The notes: a model not told the origin generated them from the sequence alone. DNA of 27,409 nt from a virus (IMGVR_UViG_3300023174_000088:1-27409), one strand, 5' to 3'. Positions 8,804 to 16,839 are shown, counted from the first letter of the stretch. Translations and numbers: made by a program.

Positions 8804-8979
8804 TGGCCACTATTAAAAAACCCATTCTGAAAAGAGCTGATGGCTCATATTCCCAAAGAGGACTTTGGGATAACTTGAGGAGCAAAGCAGCCCAGAATAA
8901 GAAAACTGGTGCTAAACCTAAAGCTCCCACCAAAGCTATGTTGACTCAGGAGAAAAAGATCAAAGCTAAAGGAAAATGA
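8803..8979 (+). CDS. Small Lys-rich protein
   Basis: Not in the ORF track. MATIKKPILKRADGSYSQRGLWDNLRSKAAQNKKTGAKPKAPTKAMLTQEKKIKAKGK* (58 aa); TAATG overlap upstream, ATGA overlap downstream. Confidence 0.8.
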   Translation: MATIKKPILKRADGSYSQRGLWDNLRSKAAQNKKTGAKPKAPTKAMLTQEKKIKAKGK

Positions 8980-9599
8980 TACTAGCTATTAGTGATGATT
9001 GTAAACGAAAATACTTCTCTGAGAAGAAAAAAGGAGGAGTTATTTACAAAATTACTAATGAAATAGATGGTAATTTTTATATAGGAAGTACAAATAATCT
9101 GATAAAAAGGTATTATACCCATGTAAATCACATAAGAACTGGCAAGAATAGTTGTGTAAAACTAATCAGAGCAGTTAACAAACATGGAGAAGAAAACTTT
9201 AAATTTGAGATTATTTGTGAGTGTTCTACTGAAGAGATTCTTAAAACAGAACAAGAATATATTGATAATCTACAGCCACATTATAATGTAGCTAAGATTG
9301 CTGGCAGTAACCTTGGGATAAAAAGAACTGAAGAGGTTAAGTTTAAAAAGTCAGCTTCTCAGAAGGAAAACTGGAAAGATGAAACTTATAGAGCCAAACA
9401 CCTAGAAAACTTATCAAAGAATTGGAAATCTGGTTCTAATCACAAAATGGCTAAACTTACAGAAGAACAGGTAATTGAGATTAAAAAACAATTATCAACT
9501 GGACTTCTCCCTAAGCAAGTAGCAGATAATCTTAAACTTAGTTATTACTCTATAAAAGATATTCATAGAGGAAAGACTTGGAAAAATATAAAAATTTAA
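8976..9599 (+). CDS. GIY-YIG homing endonuclease (free-standing, Seg-like)
   Basis: GVIYKITNEIDGNFYIGSTNNLIKRYYTH (GIY...YIG plus catalytic Arg), later EQEYI...YN; C-terminal helix-turn-helix-like AKLTEEQVIEIKK...SIKDIHRGKTW; visibly AT-richer than its neighbours. Confidence 0.9.
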   Translation: MILAISDDCKRKYFSEKKKGGVIYKITNEIDGNFYIGSTNNLIKRYYTHVNHIRTGKNSCVKLIRAVNKHGEENFKFEIICECSTEEILKTEQEYIDNLQPHYNVAKIAGSNLGIKRTEEVKFKKSASQKENWKDETYRAKHLENLSKNWKSGSNHKMAKLTEEQVIEIKKQLSTGLLPKQVADNLKLSYYSIKDIHRGKTWKNIKI

Positions 9600-9611
9600 A
9601 TCTAAGAAATA

Positions 9612-9881
9612 ATGGCAAGTGCAGCATGGCAAAAGAAAGAAGGAAAATCAGAATCTGGAGGATTGAATGCTAAGGGTGTTGCTTCCTACAGGAGGGAAAA
9701 TCCTGGAAGTAAGCTGAAAATGGCTGTAACTACCCCACCATCTAAACTTAAACCTGGAAGTAAAGCAGCAAACAGAAGAAAAAGTTTCTGTGCTCGAATG
9801 TCAGGGGTCGAGGGTCCTATGAAAAAGCCTAACGGTAAGCCTACAAGAAAAGCATTGGCATTAAGAAAATGGAATTGTTAA
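9612..9881 (+). CDS. Basic phage protein, DUF6321-like
   Basis: AAWQKKEGK...GGLNAKG...RRKSFCARM.G...GKPTRKALALRKWNC matches my recollection of the DUF6321 pattern. Confidence 0.75.
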   Translation: MASAAWQKKEGKSESGGLNAKGVASYRRENPGSKLKMAVTTPPSKLKPGSKAANRRKSFCARMSGVEGPMKKPNGKPTRKALALRKWNC

Positions 9882-9900
9882 CTAAAAATAAACTAAAAAA

Positions 9901-10068
9901 ATGAAAAAAGTATTGTTCGTATTGACACTGTCTGCATTGTTCACAGCATGTACATCTGTAGAAACCGAAGAGGTTAAACAAGATTCTACCATCATCGATT
10001 CCCTAAAGAGTGTTAAATCTGACACTACATGTGTAGAAGAGATTGACACCACCGCTAAAAAGAAATAA
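9901..10068 (+). CDS. Small lipoprotein
   Basis: Not in the ORF track. MKKVLFVLTLSALFTA|CTSVETEEVKQDSTIIDSLKSVKSDTTCVEEIDTTAKKK* (55 aa); basic n-region, hydrophobic h-region, lipobox FTAC. Confidence 0.8.
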   Translation: MKKVLFVLTLSALFTACTSVETEEVKQDSTIIDSLKSVKSDTTCVEEIDTTAKKK

Positions 10069-10070
10069 TC

Positions 10071-10412
10071 ATGGCAACAATTAAGAAGGCCTGCAAAGGT
10101 ACAAGCACTCCCAAATCCTCCAGTGTTTCCTCTCGTCTAGGATCTCCTAGCAAGGCTAAGTCTGGCACATCTCTCGGTATGAAGTCTGTAAAGGCTGGGT
10201 TTGATAAAAACCCTGGCGTTACAAGAGCTGACATTATTGTAGCTGGTAAGGGTCAAGCTAAGAAAGGAATGAAGGTTAAGAAGCAAGCTGCTACAGCAAT
10301 TGCTATGAAGAAAGCTGGCAAAGCTCCTAAAGCCATGATGGGAAACATGATGAAAAGCCCAATGATGAAAACTGGTGGCAAGATGGGCAAATGCAAATAC
10401 GGCTGTAAATAA
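10071..10412 (+). CDS. Lys/Met-rich basic protein
   Basis: MATIKKACKG...AKSG...DKNPGVTRADII...AKKG...MMGNMMKSPMMKTGGKMGKCKYGCK; 113 aa. Confidence 0.8.
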   Translation: MATIKKACKGTSTPKSSSVSSRLGSPSKAKSGTSLGMKSVKAGFDKNPGVTRADIIVAGKGQAKKGMKVKKQAATAIAMKKAGKAPKAMMGNMMKSPMMKTGGKMGKCKYGCK

Positions 10413-10433
10413 TCAACGAAAAATACAAATTTT

Positions 10434-13400
10434 ATGAAAAAAGCAATAACATTATTGTTATTTGTTCTTTATTGCTTTGTAGCTAACGCTACAAATTTTT
10501 ATGTTTCTAATATAGGTAATGATACCAATCCTGGAACATTAGCTTCCCCTTGGGCCACCACCTCTAAAGTGAATAGCTCAATGGGAAGTTTTGTTGCTGG
10601 GGATTCTATTCTTTTCCAGCGTGGAGGGGAGTTCTTTGGGACACTCACTGTCAACAAAGCAGGAGTGATTATTGGAGCTTACGGAACAGGCAATCTTCCC
10701 ATTATTACAGGCTTTAAGACACTCTCTGGATGGACAAATTCAGGAACTAATCTTTGGAACTCCGCTACGGCATCTCCTAAATCTTACATGAAGGTTGTTA
10801 CTTTAAATGGCGTAATGATAAGAATGGGTAGATTTCCCGATTGGGCAGATGCTCCAAGTGCTTGGTTAACATACACAAATAGTCTAACTGCAGGTATTAG
10901 TCCCATCACTGTAAATTCTGCTCAAACTCTTTCAACAACTTTTGTAGGTGGGGAACTTGTTTTAAGGAAAGAGCCTTATGTTTTAGATGTAATGCCAATT
11001 CTTTCGCAAACAGGAACAGGACTTAATATATTTAGCTGTACAAACCCCGATCCTAAGTGGTATGGTATAGGAAACTTTGGTTACTTCATCCAAAATCACC
11101 CATCAACCCTATCGGTGCAAAACGAATGGTATTTCAATCCATCCACTAAAAACATTACATTTTTTAGCACTTCAGTTCCTACAGGAGTGATTAAAGGAGC
11201 GGTATTTGATACCCTAGTGAGGGTTACGGAGGCAGATGTCACCATAGAAAATTTAGACATTCAAGGTAGCAACAGATTTGGGATTCACTCAACGGGGAGC
11301 AACTTTAGGCTAAAGAACAGCATCGTAAGATTTGCAGGATATTTTGGAGTTCAGCCTCTTGGGTCTTATACCATTACAAATAATACTATTAGAGATGTTG
11401 GAACTTGTGCGATTTATGCCAATAATAGTGGATTGATTCAAGGTAATCAAGTGAAAGCCATAGGTATGATTGATGGCATGGGGGCAAGCGGTAATGATCT
11501 TATGTTTGGGATTGCTCTTGAGAGTAACAACATAACGGTGCGAAACAATGTAGTTGATTCAATTTCTTATAGTGGAATTAAGATAGGTGGCTCAACAAAT
11601 GGTAATAATATCCTGATTCGTGAAAATGTAGTCAGTAATACCTGCATGAATAAAACTGATGGAGGTGGTATTTATTCGTATGGTGCTCGTGGCACTTGGA
11701 ATTTGACAAACAGGGTTATTAAAAGGAACATTCTTGTCAATAATGGCAAAATTGTGTATGGTATGCCAGGGGATGATGTAACTCTTTATTTCCCAATGTA
11801 CATGGACGGAGGTGCGATGAATGTAATAATTGATAGCAATGTAATTGCTTACGACAATGTAAGTCAAAACTCAGTTAATTCTCAGGGGATATGGAATAAT
11901 TATGCCATACTATTAAATAATCCAAAAAACATAACCCTTACCAACAATATAACATTTGCAACTCCGATTTCTTTTTCAATAAACGATTATTCTGGTATAC
12001 CCAAACCTACATTAAATACTATTACAAACAATTGTTTTTATGTAAACACCACACCAGGAGGCTCAAATTATAAAGAAACAAATAGATGTTTCTTTTGGCA
12101 TGCTCAACAAAATAGAACTCAAGCAGAAATGCAAATAGACATTGGGGCAATTGGAACTATGAATAATAATTATTACAACAATAATACATTATCTCCTTTT
12201 GGATGGACATCATATTCAGTTAATAGCACAGGGTTTCCAATAAAACTTGCAGGATGGCAATCGTTCAGCGGTAAGGATGCAGCTAGCGTTTCTACACCAA
12301 ACATTACTCCAGAATTTCAATATAACGCAACAGGTTCTCCAATTACATATGCTTTCAGTGGCAGGCAAAAGAAAGATTTTAAAGGGAACATCTATAACAA
12401 TCAGGCCACAATTGAACCCTACTACGCTAACATCTTCTTTGATAATGGTCCAGCTACAGGTACAAGCCTTGCAGCGTTTTCCACTGCATCTCAGATTAAC
12501 TGTGCAGGGGGCACTGCAACTGTAACTGTCACTGCTACAGGGGGTGTTCCTCCATATAGCGGTACAGGAACTTTCACTGTGACAGCAGGAACATACACAT
12601 ACACTGTTACAGATGCTGCCACCCCCACACCAAACAGCATCACCACCAGCATCACTGTCACACAGCCCCCAGTGCTTTCTGTTAATTCCAGCAAGACAAA
12701 TGTTCTCTGTAATGGAGGAAGTACAGGCACCATCACTGTTGTTGCAAGCGGTGGAACTCCTAATTACACATACAATTGGGGAGGTGGTGTGACAACACAG
12801 AATAGAACAGCATTGCCCATCGGTACATACACATGTACCATAACCGACTCTAAAGGATGCACAACAACAACATCACAGACGATCAACCAGCCAACAGCAT
12901 TATCAGCTGGAACTCCGACAGCACCAGCGATTTTGGTGAATGGAGGCACAACAACAATAACACAACCTGTTCCTACGGGGGCCACTTCACCCTATCAATA
13001 TCAGTTGAATACTGGGGCCTTCCAGACGAGCAATGTGTTCAATAATGTTTCTGCAGGTAATTACACTATCAACATCAAGGATGCTAACAATTGCACAATT
13101 GCAAGAACCATCTCTATAACACAGCCTACAGTGTTTTCAGCTACAGCCTCTGCTGGTACAATAGCCTGTAACGGAGGTAGTACGAATGTTGTTGTAAGCG
13201 CTTCAGGAGGCACTGCTCCCTACACTGGTACAGGTACATTCTCCAGAACTGCTGGAACTTATGTATTCACTGTTACAGATGCAGGTGGCTCCACAGCTTC
13301 TGCGAATGTTGTGATTACACAGCCTACAGTGATTACATCCACTGTAGCTTCTACAAATGTCACTTGTAATGGGGCATCTTCAGGATCTATCACTCTTACG

Positions 13401-14447
13401 GTGAATGGTGGAACTCCTGGATATACATTCCTCTGGAATGGAGGTCAAACCACACAGAACAGGACAGCTATTCCTGCAGGCACGTACACTGTAACTGTTA
13501 CAGATGCAAATGCTTGCACCCTCAACAGAAGCGTTACAATTACAGAGCCCACAGCTCTCTCAGTGACATCCTCTGTAAACCCCACAAATATCCTTTGCAA
13601 TGGAGGAACATCCTCTGTGACAATAGGGGCATCAGGAGGTTCATCTCCCTATACAGGGCTTGGAACTTTCCCACAGTCTGCAGGAACAGTCACCTATATA
13701 GTGACAGATGCTAATGGCTGTCCTGCAAGCAGACCCATAACATTGACACAGCCTGCTGTTCTTACAGCTTCCAATCCCACATCAGGAACCATTACAGTGA
13801 ACGGTGGAAACACCACCATCACACAACCAGTTCCTACAGGAGGTGTAAGTCCTTATACATATTCTCTTAACACAGGAGCATTCCAATCAAGCAATGTCTT
13901 TACAGGAGTGGCTGCTGGTACATATACAGTGAACATCAAAGATGCTAATGGATGTATAATTACAAAATCCATATCCATCACACAGCCTGCAGTGTTCAGT
14001 GCTTCTGCTGTACAAACTGGCCCAACAATCAATTGTAACGGACAAAATACAATTGTTACAGTGAGTGCAACAGGTGGCACAGCGCCTTATACAGGCACAG
14101 GAACTTTCACCGTACCTGCTGGTCCATATAATTACACGGTTACAGATGCCCTAGGAAACACAGCATCTGCTTCCATCACTATTTCTCAGCCTACAGAAGT
14201 GGTTGCCTCTATAGCAGCAGGATCCATCACCTCTGTTGGAGGCACTACGAATATTGTTGTTTCAGCCACAGGAGGTGTTCTGCCCTATACAGGAACAGGA
14301 ACATTTACAAGAGGAGCTGGACTGTATTCATTTACAGTGACAGACTCTAACGGATGTTCCAGTGTAGCTACAGTTTCTATAAATGACCCAGTCGTTATAC
14401 CCAACCAGTATTTAATCCTAAACTCCGTATTCAAAAATGGCAATTAA
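10434..14447 (+). CDS. Secreted right-handed beta-helix (pectin lyase-like) protein with SprB-type repeats
   Basis: Signal peptide MKKAITLLLFVLYCFVANA|; TNFYVSNIGNDTNPGTLASPWAT is a typical beta-helix N-terminus; Asn-ladder repeats and DGGGIY; then nine C(N)GG...GG..PY...AGTY..TVTDA.GC...I.QP repeats; no T9SS C-terminal domain. Confidence 0.85.
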   Translation: MKKAITLLLFVLYCFVANATNFYVSNIGNDTNPGTLASPWATTSKVNSSMGSFVAGDSILFQRGGEFFGTLTVNKAGVIIGAYGTGNLPIITGFKTLSGWTNSGTNLWNSATASPKSYMKVVTLNGVMIRMGRFPDWADAPSAWLTYTNSLTAGISPITVNSAQTLSTTFVGGELVLRKEPYVLDVMPILSQTGTGLNIFSCTNPDPKWYGIGNFGYFIQNHPSTLSVQNEWYFNPSTKNITFFSTSVPTGVIKGAVFDTLVRVTEADVTIENLDIQGSNRFGIHSTGSNFRLKNSIVRFAGYFGVQPLGSYTITNNTIRDVGTCAIYANNSGLIQGNQVKAIGMIDGMGASGNDLMFGIALESNNITVRNNVVDSISYSGIKIGGSTNGNNILIRENVVSNTCMNKTDGGGIYSYGARGTWNLTNRVIKRNILVNNGKIVYGMPGDDVTLYFPMYMDGGAMNVIIDSNVIAYDNVSQNSVNSQGIWNNYAILLNNPKNITLTNNITFATPISFSINDYSGIPKPTLNTITNNCFYVNTTPGGSNYKETNRCFFWHAQQNRTQAEMQIDIGAIGTMNNNYYNNNTLSPFGWTSYSVNSTGFPIKLAGWQSFSGKDAASVSTPNITPEFQYNATGSPITYAFSGRQKKDFKGNIYNNQATIEPYYANIFFDNGPATGTSLAAFSTASQINCAGGTATVTVTATGGVPPYSGTGTFTVTAGTYTYTVTDAATPTPNSITTSITVTQPPVLSVNSSKTNVLCNGGSTGTITVVASGGTPNYTYNWGGGVTTQNRTALPIGTYTCTITDSKGCTTTTSQTINQPTALSAGTPTAPAILVNGGTTTITQPVPTGATSPYQYQLNTGAFQTSNVFNNVSAGNYTINIKDANNCTIARTISITQPTVFSATASAGTIACNGGSTNVVVSASGGTAPYTGTGTFSRTAGTYVFTVTDAGGSTASANVVITQPTVITSTVASTNVTCNGASSGSITLTVNGGTPGYTFLWNGGQTTQNRTAIPAGTYTVTVTDANACTLNRSVTITEPTALSVTSSVNPTNILCNGGTSSVTIGASGGSSPYTGLGTFPQSAGTVTYIVTDANGCPASRPITLTQPAVLTASNPTSGTITVNGGNTTITQPVPTGGVSPYTYSLNTGAFQSSNVFTGVAAGTYTVNIKDANGCIITKSISITQPAVFSASAVQTGPTINCNGQNTIVTVSATGGTAPYTGTGTFTVPAGPYNYTVTDALGNTASASITISQPTEVVASIAAGSITSVGGTTNIVVSATGGVLPYTGTGTFTRGAGLYSFTVTDSNGCSSVATVSINDPVVIPNQYLILNSVFKNGN
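12471..14390 (+). repeat. Nine tandem SprB-like repeats (about 65-78 aa each)
   Basis: Three subtypes: short PYTGTGTF (S), YTYxW...TTQNRTA (W), and TITQPVPTG...LNTGAFQ.SNVF (F), in the order S-W-F-S-W-S-F-S-S. Confidence 0.85.
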
Positions 14448-14679
14448 CATTAGAAGATCCGTAACACTTGGCGAAATGATCGGTATGTCCATAGTGTTGT
14501 TCGGGTGTGTAATGTCCTTTTGGATAAACACATCTGTAAGACTAGCAGCCCTAGAGCTCAACCAGAAAAACACAGAAGTTAAGTATGACCAGGTGCAAAT
14601 GCAGCTTAACAAGATGAATGATAAGATTGATAAGATGAGTGAGGCACTCAACCATCTTATTGGAAAACTTGACAAATGA
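14437..14679 (+). CDS. Membrane protein, one TM plus coiled coil (lysis-cassette accessory or holin-like)
   Basis: Hydrophobic IGMSIVLFGCVMSFWI followed by a heptad-rich tail; overlaps the previous gene by 11 nt. Confidence 0.7.
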   Translation: MAINIRRSVTLGEMIGMSIVLFGCVMSFWINTSVRLAALELNQKNTEVKYDQVQMQLNKMNDKIDKMSEALNHLIGKLDK

Positions 14680-14774
14680 GCAACACAGCACTGGTTATTC
14701 TTAGTTTTGTTTCCGTGATTGCAGGGTTCGTCACCCTGGAATTGATTATACATAAACTAATGAAGAAAAAATGA
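14676..14774 (+). CDS. 32-aa single-TM peptide
   Basis: Not in the ORF track. MSNTALVILSFVSVIAGFVTLELIIHKLMKKK*; ATGA overlaps at both ends. Confidence 0.65.
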   Translation: MSNTALVILSFVSVIAGFVTLELIIHKLMKKK

Positions 14775-15061
14775 AGAAGTTTTTTGAAAACCCAGGTATT
14801 CTTGCTCAACTTCCAGCCTTGATAGCTGTCCTCATCCTATTTCCAATATTTGGAACTACTGCTACAGATGCCCCTGTAAAGGTGGATGCAAGTTTCTACA
14901 TCTGGCAAACTGCCTTGTGTGTCCTTGTATTGGTTGAACATGTATTCTTTATGAAGAAAGAGGGAGAGGTTCACATGTCAGGAACAGCAAGACCTATTGT
15001 ATTGGGATTCTTTTTGGTGTCATTTGTTCTCACTATTTTAAACTTAATGCGTTACCAATAA
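14771..15061 (+). CDS. Membrane protein, about three TM segments
   Basis: Three hydrophobic stretches (ILAQLPALIAVLILFPIF; FYIWQTALCVLVLV; IVLGFFLVSFVLTILNL). Confidence 0.7.
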   Translation: MKKFFENPGILAQLPALIAVLILFPIFGTTATDAPVKVDASFYIWQTALCVLVLVEHVFFMKKEGEVHMSGTARPIVLGFFLVSFVLTILNLMRYQ

Positions 15062-15071
15062 AAACAAACTT

Positions 15072-15296
15072 ATGAAATCCAAATTTTTAAGCCTTAATGC
15101 CACTGATTTCCTTAGAGGACTTGTAGTGTCTGTGCTCTCAGCTGTTCTTACAATTGTCTATCAAACCATCCAAGCAGGAAGCTTGGTGTTTGATTGGAAA
15201 GCAATTGGAACTATTGCAGCTAGTGCTGCTTTGGGATATATTCTCAAAAACTTGCTGACAAACTCTGAAGATCAGCTTTTCAAAAAGGAACCTTGA
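15072..15296 (+). CDS. Putative holin
   Basis: 74 aa; two TM segments (GLVVSVLSAVLTIVY; AIGTIAASAALGYIL) and a charged C-terminus; upstream of the endolysin. Confidence 0.65.
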   Translation: MKSKFLSLNATDFLRGLVVSVLSAVLTIVYQTIQAGSLVFDWKAIGTIAASAALGYILKNLLTNSEDQLFKKEP

Positions 15297-15688
15297 TAGT
15301 ATTTCAATTACATCTTGTCATCTTCATAATAGTTTCAGCCTGTCACGATGGATTGGCTGAACTATTAAGAAGCTCTACGTCAGGAACTGCTATACAAATT
15401 AAACGTAGGGTGGATCTTTGGCATATGGCTGGGAGTGGGTTGTATATTATATCAGCACTTCCTTGGCTTTATACAATAGCATGGTGGAAAATACTGGTGT
15501 GTCTTCCTTTGATAAGAGGAGCTCTGTTCAATCCCATTAGGAACTACGTATGTAATGAACCTATGTGGTATGTGGGACATACAGCTAAGACAGACATCCT
15601 CTTGAGGAGAATTGCAGGAATAAACTCTGCATGGTTGCTATCGGCTGCATCAATTCTGTTATTGCTCATCTTCAACATTTTGACATGA
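15293..15688 (+). CDS. Multi-pass membrane protein
   Basis: TTG start overlapping the previous TGA; about four hydrophobic segments; R.ALFN..RN....WYVG..AKTD loop. Confidence 0.6.
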   Translation: MIVFQLHLVIFIIVSACHDGLAELLRSSTSGTAIQIKRRVDLWHMAGSGLYIISALPWLYTIAWWKILVCLPLIRGALFNPIRNYVCNEPMWYVGHTAKTDILLRRIAGINSAWLLSAASILLLLIFNILT

Positions 15689-16191
15689 AATATGTATTAG
15701 GCTTGGTTTTTGCCACACTCGTATTAGCTTCTTGCTATACAGACAAGAAAGCCATAAAGCAGATAGAAAAGGCTATGGAGAAGAAGCCTGAGCTCACTCT
15801 TGAGAAGTTCAGAGCTAATTATCCATGTATAGAGACAAGCTCTGACACAACAATCGTCATTAAAGACACCACTATAGAAGTGGAGGTTGAGTGTCCAGAT
15901 CTTGTTGATACAACATTCATCAGGGACACTATCAAGACTGTGAATAATAAGGTGGTTATTAAGAAGGTGCCTGTTAAGGTGCAACTTCCTGGTCAGGTTA
16001 TTACAAAATACATTGAGGACAGCGCTAAGATAAAGTTGCTCTCTATAGAGAACCAAAAGCTCATTGACGAGAACAAAAAGCTCAAATATGAGGTGAACCA
16101 TCTTAAATCCTGGAGAAAATACCTGATTATTCCCTATCTTTTAGTAATTTTATTCCTCATTATAAAAGCACTCACTAAGAAAAGTTTATGA
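15685..16191 (+). CDS. Lipoprotein with C-terminal TM, unimolecular-spanin-like
   Basis: Likely start 15685 (ATGA overlap): MKYVLGLVFATLVLAS|C lipobox; beta-rich middle, coiled coil, then YLIIPYLLVILFLII TM and a basic tail. This is the u-spanin topology. Confidence 0.7.
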   Translation: MKYVLGLVFATLVLASCYTDKKAIKQIEKAMEKKPELTLEKFRANYPCIETSSDTTIVIKDTTIEVEVECPDLVDTTFIRDTIKTVNNKVVIKKVPVKVQLPGQVITKYIEDSAKIKLLSIENQKLIDENKKLKYEVNHLKSWRKYLIIPYLLVILFLIIKALTKKSL

Positions 16192-16688
16192 AACCAAAAG
16201 ACTTTGTGAACACCTTTCTTCAATTTGCTGTAGAGACGGAAAGAAAAACAGGAATAAACGCATATTTTACATTAGCTCAGGCAGCTATCGAGAGTGGGTG
16301 GGGAGATATGGCTCCAGGAAACGCATTCTTTGGTGTAAAGGACACTGATGGGGTGAATGGAAACGAACAGCTTCTCACCACAACAGAATACAGCAGGAGA
16401 ATGGATCTGAAGTTTCCCGTAGTGATTAGTGTCACTCCTGTCATGAGGAACGGCATAAGGATGTTCAAATACATCGTTAAGGACTATTTCAGAAAATACG
16501 ACACTCCTGAGGAGTGCTTTACAGAGCACAGCCAGTTCTTTCTAAAGAATAAAAGGTATGCAAAAGCATTAGAAGTGAGGGAAGATCCTTATAAATTCGC
16601 TGATGCTGTAGCTAGAGCAGGGTATGCAACAGATCCCAACTACGCTAAATTGTTAAAGGATGTCATAAAAATGATTGAGAATTTATGA
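16188..16688 (+). CDS. Endolysin, GH73 glucosaminidase/muramidase (FlgJ-type domain)
   Basis: LAQAAIESGWG (catalytic Glu), NAFFGVK, FRKYDTPEE and GYATDPNYA motifs; no signal peptide. Confidence 0.9.
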   Translation: MKPKDFVNTFLQFAVETERKTGINAYFTLAQAAIESGWGDMAPGNAFFGVKDTDGVNGNEQLLTTTEYSRRMDLKFPVVISVTPVMRNGIRMFKYIVKDYFRKYDTPEECFTEHSQFFLKNKRYAKALEVREDPYKFADAVARAGYATDPNYAKLLKDVIKMIENL

Positions 16689-16825
16689 GAATGCCAAAAG
16701 AAAAACCACGCAAAGCACCCAAGGTGCCCAACAAGAACCCTGAGAAACCCTACATGAAAGAGGCAGGAGTTGGAATGAAGAAGTCTCAGGCTCTCCCAAT
16801 GAAACGTAAAAGACTTTCAAAATAA
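16685..16825 (+). CDS. Small Lys/Pro-rich basic peptide
   Basis: Not in the ORF track. MRMPKEKPRKAPKVPNKNPEKPYMKEAGVGMKKSQALPMKRKRLSK* (46 aa); ATGA overlap with the endolysin. Confidence 0.6.
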   Translation: MRMPKEKPRKAPKVPNKNPEKPYMKEAGVGMKKSQALPMKRKRLSK

Positions 16826-16839
16826 AAAAACTTAATCCT

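Noticed and set aside
8976-9611. Group I intron carrying the GIY-YIG ORF
   Set aside because: The ORF overlaps the upstream gene and ends 12 nt before the next start, leaving no room for a ribozyme core. Both flanking genes look complete.
14390-14447. T9SS type B C-terminal domain or frameshifted continuation of the SprB-like protein
   Set aside because: IPNQYLILNSVFKNGN only faintly echoes the IPNxFTPNGDG start of such domains. The downstream sequence encodes a coherent TM protein in an overlapping frame, not a CTD.
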